Shown here piece after piece: positions 1 to 7,975 of a DNA stretch of 32,838 nt; position 1 is the stretch's first letter, and every line of letters starts with the position of its first letter. Below the pieces are notes generated by a model. It saw nothing but the letters and a program-made list of their open reading frames with translations. It was not told the origin of the DNA and searched no databases. Origin of the DNA: Acidobacteriota bacterium (GTDB taxonomy: Bacteria; Acidobacteriota; Vicinamibacteria; Fen-336); NCBI GenBank assembly GCA_003222295.1, contig QHVP01000062.1:1-32838 (forward strand), written 5' to 3'. The translations under genes and the position numbers were made by a program.

Positions 1-2
1 GG

Positions 3-671
3 TTCCTCAAGAACGTCATGGGCCTCTGGATCCTCGAACGGTTGCGGAAGAAGTGGGATGAGGAGGGCCTGGCGAGCGGATACGACGCGCTGCTGGGGGC
101 AGCGGCCGCGATCGACCGATCGCCGGGCCTGATCTTCCCCGACGACCCGCGCCTGCTCAACCCGCCGCGCATGACGGCCGCCCTCGCCGAGCAGATGCGC
201 GAGACCGGCCAGGCCGCGCCCACGGCGCCTGCGGCGATGGCCAGGGTGGTGCTGGACTCGCTGGCCTTGCGCTATGCCTCGGTGGTACGAACGATCGAGG
301 TGCTGACCGGCCAGACGATCGCCGGCGTGCAGATCGTGGGCGGGGGCGGCCGCAACGACTACCTCAACCAGGCCACCGCCGACGCCACCGGACGGCCGGT
401 GGTGGCCGGTCCCGTCGAAGCCACCGTGATCGGCAACGTGCTGGTACAAGCGGTCACGGCGGGGCGGTTCGCGTCGCTGGCGCACGCGCGGAGGCACGTC
501 GCAGCCACACCCATCAGTGGTGGCCGCAGTGCAGCCACACCCATCAGTGGTGGCCGCAGTGCGGACCGGATCCAGCCGCGCCGGTTCGAGCCCAGGCCCG
601 CTTCGGCCGGGGACGACATGGCGCGCCGATACCGCGAGCTGGAGGCGCGATACCTGGAGGTCAGAACATGA
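3..671 (+). CDS. rhaB: Rhamnulokinase / FGGY-family carbohydrate kinase, C-terminal part (5' end lies outside the window)
   Basis: The frame is open from base 3 (FLKNVMGLWIL). Motifs DSLALRY, IVGGGGRNDYLNQATADATGRPVVAGPVEATVIGN and RRFEP are typical of the RhaB C-terminal domain. It carries a 60-bp in-frame insertion at 501-560. Confidence 0.85.
   Translation, partial: FLKNVMGLWILERLRKKWDEEGLASGYDALLGAAAAIDRSPGLIFPDDPRLLNPPRMTAALAEQMRETGQAAPTAPAAMARVVLDSLALRYASVVRTIEVLTGQTIAGVQIVGGGGRNDYLNQATADATGRPVVAGPVEATVIGNVLVQAVTAGRFASLAHARRHVAATPISGGRSAATPISGGRSADRIQPRRFEPRPASAGDDMARRYRELEARYLEVRT
501..560 (+). repeat. Exact tandem duplication of a 30-bp imperfect-palindrome element, in frame (AATPISGGRS x2)
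   Basis: GCAGCCACACCCATCAGTGGTGGCCGCAGT occurs at 501-530 and 531-560. A third related copy lies on the minus strand at 3671-3702. Confidence 0.95.
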
Positions 672-3118
672 AGCCGGCGTCGACGTAGAGCCCGGTGCGC
701 TCCTCGCTCGTGGCCACGGCCAGGCTGAGCGTGTTGCGCCGGCTGAGGAACGAGAACCAGACGCCGCCGCCGGCCGCGGTGTGCCACTTGTGCGAGGACT
801 CGCCCTCGAGGAACACGCGGCCGGCGTCGGCCAGCCCGAAGATGCCGAACTCGCCGGGCAGCAGGACCATGAACCGGCCCAGGGCGAGGCGCAGCTCGGC
901 GTTCCCGTAGAGAGAGGCGTCCCCGCCGAACCGCTCCGCCCGCAGCCCGCGCACCGTCGTATGGCCGCCGATGTAGGCGGCCTCGTGGAACGGATAGTCA
1001 CCCCAGACACGCTTGCCCCCGACGCGCAACGCGAGCGTGGGATGAGGAGCGACGGCGGGAGTGAGGTAGGCCGAAGCCTCGCCGTGAACTTCGCCGAACG
1101 TGCTGCGCACGCCCCAGAAGCCCGGGAACGCGCGCGCCTCCGCTTGGACGAGGGCGCCGCGCGTCGGATAGCCGGGGCGGTCGCGATGGTCGAGGGACAG
1201 GCCGAGGCGCCCGCCGACCTGCCCGAAGTCCTCCGTCCCGTACGGCTGCACCGCGCTGATGAGCCGTCCCGCCTCCAACGAGGTCGTCGAGTACTGGACG
1301 ACGGGGCCGACGGTGAGATCGGCGCGGCTCCCGAGGTCGAACACCAGCGCGGGCGCGAACAGGTACTGCTGCTGCTTGACCTTGTGCGCGTCGTCGGAGG
1401 GCAGGCGCAACGTCTCGTTGCCGAGGCCATAGAAGCGCAGGATCTCGATGCCGGAGGCGCGCGCGAAGATCGAGGTGCGCGTGCCGGAATTCTCGTGGCG
1501 GAAATCTCCCTGGTAGTCGAAGCGCACGGCCTGCGCCGTCGTCGCATAGCCGCCGCGCAGCCGCTGATGGGAGGCATACGGATCCTTGCGGAAGCCGTAG
1601 CTCTCCCGCGTCACGCTTGCGCCCAGGAAGAGGCCGAGATCAGGGCCGTAGCTGAGCCAGGGCAGGCTCGTCGTGAGGCCCCCCCAGTCGCGCGGGGGAA
1701 TCCACGGTGCGCGCGGGTTCGTGGGAGGCGGGATGTACGCGCGGCGGTCGAGAGAAGCGTGTTCCGTCACCTTGGTGCAGGACTCGGCATCGGCGACGCG
1801 CACCTCGGGTCCGCCCGTGACTTCGACGGCTTCGCAGCCGGCGTCGCCGATGACGCGCACGGTGATCGGACTCGACGGTCCCTGCGGTGGAAGTAGGGCG
1901 CGGCGCCGGCCGCCGTCTCCGAAACCCTCACCTCGAGGCCGCCGCCGGCCAACCCCGTCAGCTCGACGCGATCGGCACGGTCGGTCGCGTAGACATCCAC
2001 CTTGCCCGCCAGGTGGCGGTAGTAGCGGACCGCTTCCTCGGTCATCGCGTCCCGCCGGGCCTTGAGGCCGGCCAGCAACCGCGCCCCATCGCTCGCCCGG
2101 TACTCCGCCGGCATCCGCGCGACCGCCGCCTGCAGCACGGAGTCGGTCAGACGGCCGCGCAGGTCGCGCGCCACCTCGTCCCACGCGCTCCGGTCCAGCT
2201 CCGTGAGGAGCCGCCGGTCCACCTCCCAGCCGTTGAACGTCACGCCCGCTATCGGGGAGTACTTCGGCCCGAACACCACCAGGCGCGGCTGGCCCTTGCG
2301 GAACATCGAGAGGAAGAGCCCCTCGAAACGCACGAAGGCCTGATCGCGGTCCTCGGGGATGGGCTGCCAGAGCGGCGACGACGGGAGCTTGGCCCAGCGC
2401 CACTGGCCCCGGTGCCGGTCCCAGTCGCCGATGAAGACGTCGAAGAGCCGCGCCTTGAGGAACGCGCGGGCGTCGATGCGGTCGGCGGGCGAGGCCTGCA
2501 GCCGCTTCCAGAGCTCCTCGCCGCTGATGATCTCGGTGGCGCCTTCGAACCCGGGGTTGCCACCGCCGACGGGACGCGGGTAGACCTCGATGGTGCCTAC
2601 GAGGTTCGCGAACACCGGGCGGAACTCGCCCAGGGCGGGATCGTCGGGCATGACGACCATCTCCGCGGTGGCGTGCAGGATGCCCGCCGCCTCGAGGAGC
2701 GGCGGAACGATGACCGCGCCCGCGGGATGGCTCGAAGCGATCTGGTCCTGCACGATGCTGCGGGCCACGCTCTCGCGGAGCTCGGGGGGCAGGACCTCGG
2801 TCGGGTCCTTGTCGAGGCCGCGGAACGTGTAGTCGCGGCCGTCGGCGCCTGCATGGCCAGGCCCTTGGTCTCCTGACCCCCGACGCGGCGAACGGGACGG
2901 AGCCCGCCCGCATAGTGCTGCAGGTCGAGCACCGGCACTTCCACGGGCATGGCCCACAGGTCCCGATAGTCGGCCCCGAAGAGGGCGCGGTGGATCGCGC
3001 CGGCCTGATAGCGCTTGCCGGCCACGACGCGTCGCTTCGGCGGGTCCTCGCCGCGCGCGGCGGGGGCACCGACGGCCACCGTTCCCAGGATCGCCAAGGA
3101 CCACAACACCCGCTGCAT
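661..3118 (-). pseudogene. Exported kinase-like domain + Omp85/BamA-TamA beta-barrel fusion protein, split over three frames (pseudogene or sequencing error)
   Basis: ATG at 3118 follows a GGAGG RBS and begins a signal peptide (MQRVLWSLAILGTVAVGAPAARG). The frame changes near 2850 (CAG-GC-GCC, one G short) into GADGRDYTFRGLDKDP...DWDRHRGQW...DRDQAF. A second break near 1880 leads into a barrel region with VRGLRAERFGGDASLYGNAELR and a terminal aromatic strand (GLYVDAGFMF). Confidence 0.8.
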
Positions 3119-3182
3119 GAGATCTCCTCCGCCCGAACGGCCAGCGCGGTCGTTTCTATCGCGTTCGGAGGGGCGCGTCCAG

Positions 3183-3635
3183 TTATTCCGCGGGGACCAC
3201 GACGAAATCGCCGCCTTCGGCATGGACGCGGTAGACCGCGTCGAACCCTTCGCCTGCGGTCGGCGGCTGCAGCCGTTTGGAGGTGACGAACACCGCAACG
3301 TCCGGCACGCGACCTTTCCCCACGCGCGACCGGTTGCGGGCGGCGGACTCCCGGGGCGTCGTGTCCAACACATAGGCGACGACGCGCGCGCCCATCTCGC
3401 GGCCGAGAGCGAGGATCGGAGCGCGGTCGGCCACGGTCGGATTCGTGTTGTCGACGACCGCCGAGCGTCCCGCCCGAAGCGCCTTCCGGACCTCGTCGAG
3501 CTGGCGGCGGCTCGCGTCACGCCCGTGGCCGATGACGTCCTTGCTGACGTGCACGTGGGTGGCGGCCAGGCGTGCCTGGAAGAAGCTCGTCTTCCCGGCG
3601 CCGGGCAGTCCGATGAGGATGGCGACCTCGGTCAT
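3183..3635 (-). CDS. P-loop kinase (AAA_33 / polynucleotide-kinase-like)
   Basis: Walker A GLPGAGKT, VVDNTNPTVADRA and LQPPTAGEGFD; GGAGG RBS upstream. Confidence 0.85.
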   Translation of the reverse strand: MTEVAILIGLPGAGKTSFFQARLAATHVHVSKDVIGHGRDASRRQLDEVRKALRAGRSAVVDNTNPTVADRAPILALGREMGARVVAYVLDTTPRESAARNRSRVGKGRVPDVAVFVTSKRLQPPTAGEGFDAVYRVHAEGGDFVVVPAE

Positions 3636-3670
3636 GACCCTCCTTCCATCTTCCCCCGAGCGAGCGGCGC

Positions 3671-3702
3671 CACTGCGGCCACCAGCGCGGTGTGTGGCTG
3701 CG
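3671..3702 (-). repeat. Third copy of the 30-bp element, intergenic, with a different 7-nt core
   Basis: The minus strand reads CGCAGCCACAC-ACCGCGC-TGGTGGCCGCAGTG, versus CGCAGCCACAC-CCATCAG-TGGTGGCCGCAGTG at 500-531. Confidence 0.9.
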
Positions 3703-3708
3703 CGTGAT

Positions 3709-3738
3709 TTGACCTGGACCGGCCACGCGGTGTACCAC
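3709..3738 (+). promoter_or_regulatory. Possible sigma-70 promoter for a leaderless TauE transcript
   Basis: TTGACC(3709)-N18-TACCAC(3733), then 7 nt to the ATG at 3746; no SD. The -10 box is non-consensus. Confidence 0.4.
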
Positions 3739-3745
3739 GCGCGGC

Positions 3746-4654
3746 ATGAAAGCGATCCTCTTCGTCATGCTGGCCGCGCTGACCGCCGCCTACCTGGCCG
3801 TGTGGGTGCGCAGCGTGTGGCGGGCCGGAGGACGCGGCCCGTCTGGGGAGGGCGCCCGTCCCGGGCCAGGGAACCTGCTCATCGGGTTCGTGACGAACTT
3901 CTTCGACACGCTCGGCATCGGATCCTTCGCCACGACGACATCGCTCTTCCGCGTGCTGGGGGCCGTACCCGACGAGCTGATCCCGGGCACCCTCAACGTC
4001 GGCCATACCGTGCCTTCGGTGACCCAGGCCTTCATCTACATCGCGATCGTCGCCGTCGCCATGCCGACGCTCGGCGCGATGATCGCGGCCGCGGTGGCCG
4101 GAGCCTGGCTGGGCGCGGGCGTCGTGTCGCGCTGGAGCCGCGCGCGCGTCCAGCGCGGCATGGGCTCGGCGCTGTTGGCGGCGGCCGGCCTCATGCTGAT
4201 GACGCAGCTCGGGCTGGTCCCTCTGGGCGGAGAGGCGGTCGGATTGTCCGGCATCCGCCTGGCAGTGGCGGTCGGCGTCAACTTCGTCCTCGGCGCGCTC
4301 ATGACGCTCGGCATCGGCCTCTACGCGCCGTGCATGATCCTGGTGTCGCTCCTGGGAATGGATCCCAAGGTGGCGTTCCCCATCATGATGGGCTCGTGCG
4401 CGTTCCTCATGCCCGTCGGCTCCGTGCGGTTCATCCGCGAAGGGCGCTACGCCCTTTCCGCCGCCGTCGGCCTGGCCCTGGGTGGACTGCCCGCCGTCCT
4501 GCTGGCCGCGTACGTCGTGCGGTCGCTCCCGCTGGGGGCCGTGCGCTGGCTGGTCATCGTGGTCGTGGTGTACACCGCGGTCGCGCTGCTCCGCGCCGCG
4601 CAGCGTGAGCGGCGCCGGGCCGGCCCCTCCGCCGCCACCGCTCCCGGCCCCTGA
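3746..4654 (+). CDS. TauE/SafE-family (sulfite exporter-like) membrane permease
   Basis: Multiple TM helices; motifs NFFDTLGIGSFATT, IPGTLNVGHT, GALMTLGIGLYAPCM and AFPIMMGSCAFLMP. Confidence 0.85.
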   Translation: MKAILFVMLAALTAAYLAVWVRSVWRAGGRGPSGEGARPGPGNLLIGFVTNFFDTLGIGSFATTTSLFRVLGAVPDELIPGTLNVGHTVPSVTQAFIYIAIVAVAMPTLGAMIAAAVAGAWLGAGVVSRWSRARVQRGMGSALLAAAGLMLMTQLGLVPLGGEAVGLSGIRLAVAVGVNFVLGALMTLGIGLYAPCMILVSLLGMDPKVAFPIMMGSCAFLMPVGSVRFIREGRYALSAAVGLALGGLPAVLLAAYVVRSLPLGAVRWLVIVVVVYTAVALLRAAQRERRRAGPSAATAPGP

Positions 4655-4764
4655 GGCCGGCGAGCAATCCGCGGTCGTTCCCACCCGCGTCCGAGAAACC
4701 TCACTACGATCGAACAAGGGATACGCGCGGCGCGTCGCCGCGGGCCTCCCGCGAGGACAACGCC

Positions 4765-5232
4765 ATGAAACGACGATTCCTGATCCCCCTTCTCCTGCTG
4801 CCCGCGGCCTGCGGCGGCCCGAAACAGCCGCCGGCGTCCACCGCCTCCGTCCCCCCCCTCACCACGCTGGCGGCGGCGCCGTCCCCCGCCGGCCCCTCGA
4901 TCGTGGTGGAGGTCGTGACGATCGACACCGCGGCTCCGAGCATCACGCTCCGCGAGGGAGAGGTGCCGGCGGGGGCGGCGAAGGCGAGCAATCTCAAGAC
5001 GGGGGACCGCACGCTCCGCGTGGAGCCGTCCGCGGCGGCCAGCCTGAGCGGCGTCAAGCCCGGCATGCGCGTGCGCGTGACCTGCTCCGCGCCGGTACCC
5101 GTGGCGATCGAAGCCTCACCCGCGCCGGGCACGGCATCCCCGCGCATGGCGTCGGCCGCGCCTGCGCAAGGCGCTCTGGCGCGCTGTGACTCGATCGTGG
5201 CGATCGCGCCGCAGGAATCGTTGGCCCCGTAG
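4765..5232 (+). CDS. Hypothetical lipoprotein
   Basis: MKRRFLIPLLLLPAA-C lipobox; GAGG RBS; Pro/Ala linker and a small OB-like segment (VKPGMRVRVT). Confidence 0.7.
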   Translation: MKRRFLIPLLLLPAACGGPKQPPASTASVPPLTTLAAAPSPAGPSIVVEVVTIDTAAPSITLREGEVPAGAAKASNLKTGDRTLRVEPSAAASLSGVKPGMRVRVTCSAPVPVAIEASPAPGTASPRMASAAPAQGALARCDSIVAIAPQESLAP

Positions 5233-5309
5233 CCGGCGTTCGTAACTCGACGACCCACCTGGCCACAAGCGCCTTATCCGCTAACCGGGTGAATCGTTCT
5301 GTTCGTCCG

Positions 5310-6731
5310 TCAGCTTTTTTTCGCCATGCGCTGGTTCGCGAACTCCTGAAGGACGTCCCAGACGTGGGGGTGCGTCTGGGTGATGGCGTCCAGCGTCGGC
5401 CGGTCCAGCTCCAGGAGCTCGGAGTGCTCGGTGGCCACGATGGTCGCGGTGCGCGGCTTGCCGGTGAGGATCGAGCCCTCGCCGAAGAACGCGCCCTCCT
5501 CCAGCTCGGCGATCGGGACCTGCTTGCCGTCGCGCTTGACGAAGGCCTTCACCGCTCCCGACGTGAGCATGTAGAGGCTGTTGCCGGGCTCGCCTTCGCG
5601 CAGGATCACCTTGCCGCGCTCGAAGGTCAGGAGCTTGAGGCCGGCGATCACGGCCACCAGCTCTTCCACCGAGAAGTCCTTGAACAGCGGGCTCACCACG
5701 ATCTGCGCGCCCCCGCTGGGCGCGGCCCCGTCGCCGTCCGGCACCTGCTCGCTCGGACCCGGGAACGCATTCTCGAGGACCGAGAACGGCTCGTCCGCGA
5801 ACCGGCTGTCGGACATTGGATCCGACACGGGCTCCTCTTCCGTCGCGGGCTCGGCTTCGAGGACGGCCTCCACGGACTCGAACTCGCCCGTGAACAGGTC
5901 CTGGTCCACGACCGGTTCGGCGAGCTCCGGTATGGGAGCGGGAGCGGCGGCAGGGGTGGGGAGAGGTTCCACCTCGACCAGCGGCAGGGTCTCCGGCTCG
6001 AGCCCGAGGTCCAAGGGCCCCTCTTCGACCACGGGCGTGGCATCGACGCCGAGGTCGAGCTCGACGACCGGCTCCACGGGCGCGGGCGACGGCGTCGCCT
6101 CGATGATCGGGCTCACCGACCCCGACAAGTCCAGCAAGGGAGCGGCCTCCAGCTCGAGCTCCGGCTCGGCGGCAACCGGGGGAGGCACGGGTGCGACGCG
6201 CGCCGGTGGAGGAGCGGGTGCGCGTGCGGGCGCGGGCGGCGGAGCGGCGGGTGGGGGCGGCTCGGGCGCGACGACGCGGGGGGCGGGAACGGGCACGGGG
6301 ACGGACTCCCTGGCGCTCGGCGGCGGCTCGAAGCCGATTTCCTCCATGCCGAGCTCGAGCGCGCCCCCCGAGGGCGGGGTCCCGACCACGGTGGCCAGCC
6401 GCTGCTTGTCCTGGATGAGGGTCGCGAGGCGGGAATCGATGTCGCGCCGGCCGGGGTCGATCCTCTGGACCTTCTTGAGGATGGAGATGGCCTTGGCCGC
6501 GAAGCCGTCCTTGGCGAACTCGTCCGCGAGGGGAAGGAGGATGGTGACCGCCTCCTTGTTCTTGCCCGCGGACACGAGGACGTCCGCGAGCTGCAGCCGC
6601 AGCCGCGGATCGTTGCGCTGGGTCTGGAGCTGCTCGCGGATGACCTCGATGGCCCGGGTGTAGTTCTTCTTGGCGATGAGGGCGCCGACGTCCTCGCCTT
6701 TGCCCTGCCCGCTGAAGCGCCCCAACACCAT
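5310..6731 (-). CDS. TPR-like N-terminal domain + long Pro/Glu-rich linker + cyclic-nucleotide-binding domain protein
   Basis: cNMP motifs EGEPGNSLYML..G.V, FFGEGSILTGKPRTATI and ELLELDR; helical N-terminus; AGGAGG RBS. Confidence 0.85.
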   Translation of the reverse strand: MVLGRFSGQGKGEDVGALIAKKNYTRAIEVIREQLQTQRNDPRLRLQLADVLVSAGKNKEAVTILLPLADEFAKDGFAAKAISILKKVQRIDPGRRDIDSRLATLIQDKQRLATVVGTPPSGGALELGMEEIGFEPPPSARESVPVPVPAPRVVAPEPPPPAAPPPAPARAPAPPPARVAPVPPPVAAEPELELEAAPLLDLSGSVSPIIEATPSPAPVEPVVELDLGVDATPVVEEGPLDLGLEPETLPLVEVEPLPTPAAAPAPIPELAEPVVDQDLFTGEFESVEAVLEAEPATEEEPVSDPMSDSRFADEPFSVLENAFPGPSEQVPDGDGAAPSGGAQIVVSPLFKDFSVEELVAVIAGLKLLTFERGKVILREGEPGNSLYMLTSGAVKAFVKRDGKQVPIAELEEGAFFGEGSILTGKPRTATIVATEHSELLELDRPTLDAITQTHPHVWDVLQEFANQRMAKKS

Positions 6732-6803
6732 CTGTGGTCAGACCTCCTCGCGCCCGGGCGCGTCGCGCCAATCAGGCGAGATTACGGTCCCGGGTCACCG
6801 CTG

Positions 6804-7958
6804 TCAAAAAGAGGCGGGACGACCGTAGCGGCGCAGCACGTCGACCACGCGGCCTATGGGCAGGGCCTCGGCGGTGCCGAGTGCGCTGGTCACGGGCGTG
6901 GCGCGCAGGAGCGAGTTGTAGACGGCCTCCTCGGTGGCTTCGAGCGCGGCCTGGAACAGGGGCGAGGTGGCCTCGGAGAGGAGGAGGGCGCGTCCGCGGG
7001 CCGGGGTGGAGAAGGCGATCGCGTAATCCCCGCTGCCGTGCTCGTACGAGGATCCCGTCCGGGCCAGTCCAAAGATGGCGCGCGCGGCCAGGCGCTCGAG
7101 GTCGCGCGCCGAGAGGGGGGCGTCGGTGGCGACCACGATCATGCAGGATCCACCGGCGAGGTTGGGGGTCCCTCCTCTTGCCTCCGCGACGACGGGACCG
7201 AAGGCGTAGCGGCCGAGGGCGCGCCCCACCGGCGCTCCGTCCATCGTCAGCACGCCGCCAAAGTTCGTCTGCACGAGGACGCCCAGCGTATGCGCGCCGT
7301 AGGGCGCGGGCAGGACGCGCGAGGCCGTCCCGATGCCGCCCTTCCATCCGAAACACCGCGTACCGGTGCCCGCGCCCACCGAGCCCTCGGCCACCGGCCC
7401 CTCGGTGGCGGCACGGATGGCGGCGCGCACGTCGTTGGGCCGGACTCGTAGCGCGCGGATATCGCTGAGCCCGCCGTCGTTGGTCTCGCCCACGACGGCG
7501 TTGACGCTACGCACGTCCTCGTTGCCGTTCCAGGAGAGCACCTCCGCCACCACGCCCTCGACGGCCGCGCCGACCCCCAGCGTGTTGGTGAGCACGATGG
7601 GCGTCTCGATGGTGCCGAGCTCGTGGACCTGCGTCGCCCCCGCGAGCTTGCCGAAGGCGTTGCCGACGAAGACGCCGCCCGCGACCTTGTCGCGGAAGAC
7701 GTTGCCGGGGTGAGGGAGGATGGCGGTCACGCCCGTGCGGATGCGGTCGCCCTCGACGATCGTGAGGTGGCCGACACGGACCCCGGCGACGTCGGTGATC
7801 GCGTCGAGGGCGCCGGGCGGAAAGACGCCCGGGGCCAGGCCGATGTCACGGGCCCGGGGGCGGCCCTCCGGCCCGGCGGCGGTGATCACGGGCAGTGTGG
7901 TCACCGTGGCCACCGCGAAGCTGACGGCGGCCGCGGCTCCGACCAGCGTGCGTGTCAT
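6804..7958 (-). CDS. dmpA: DmpA-like (P1/S58 family) aminopeptidase with signal peptide
   Basis: RPRARDIG, DAITDVAGVRVGH, GKLAGATQVHELGTIETPIVLTNT, GAGTG, KGGIGTASR and the autoprocessing site GS(C)MIVVATDAP. ATG at 7958 with AGGAGG RBS. Confidence 0.88.
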   Translation of the reverse strand: MTRTLVGAAAAVSFAVATVTTLPVITAAGPEGRPRARDIGLAPGVFPPGALDAITDVAGVRVGHLTIVEGDRIRTGVTAILPHPGNVFRDKVAGGVFVGNAFGKLAGATQVHELGTIETPIVLTNTLGVGAAVEGVVAEVLSWNGNEDVRSVNAVVGETNDGGLSDIRALRVRPNDVRAAIRAATEGPVAEGSVGAGTGTRCFGWKGGIGTASRVLPAPYGAHTLGVLVQTNFGGVLTMDGAPVGRALGRYAFGPVVAEARGGTPNLAGGSCMIVVATDAPLSARDLERLAARAIFGLARTGSSYEHGSGDYAIAFSTPARGRALLLSEATSPLFQAALEATEEAVYNSLLRATPVTSALGTAEALPIGRVVDVLRRYGRPASF

Positions 7959-7975
7959 GGCCGACCTCCTTCCGG

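Noticed and set aside
501-562. CRISPR array interpretation of the 30-bp repeats
   Set aside because: The copies are directly adjacent with no spacer, lie inside a CDS, and there are no cas genes.
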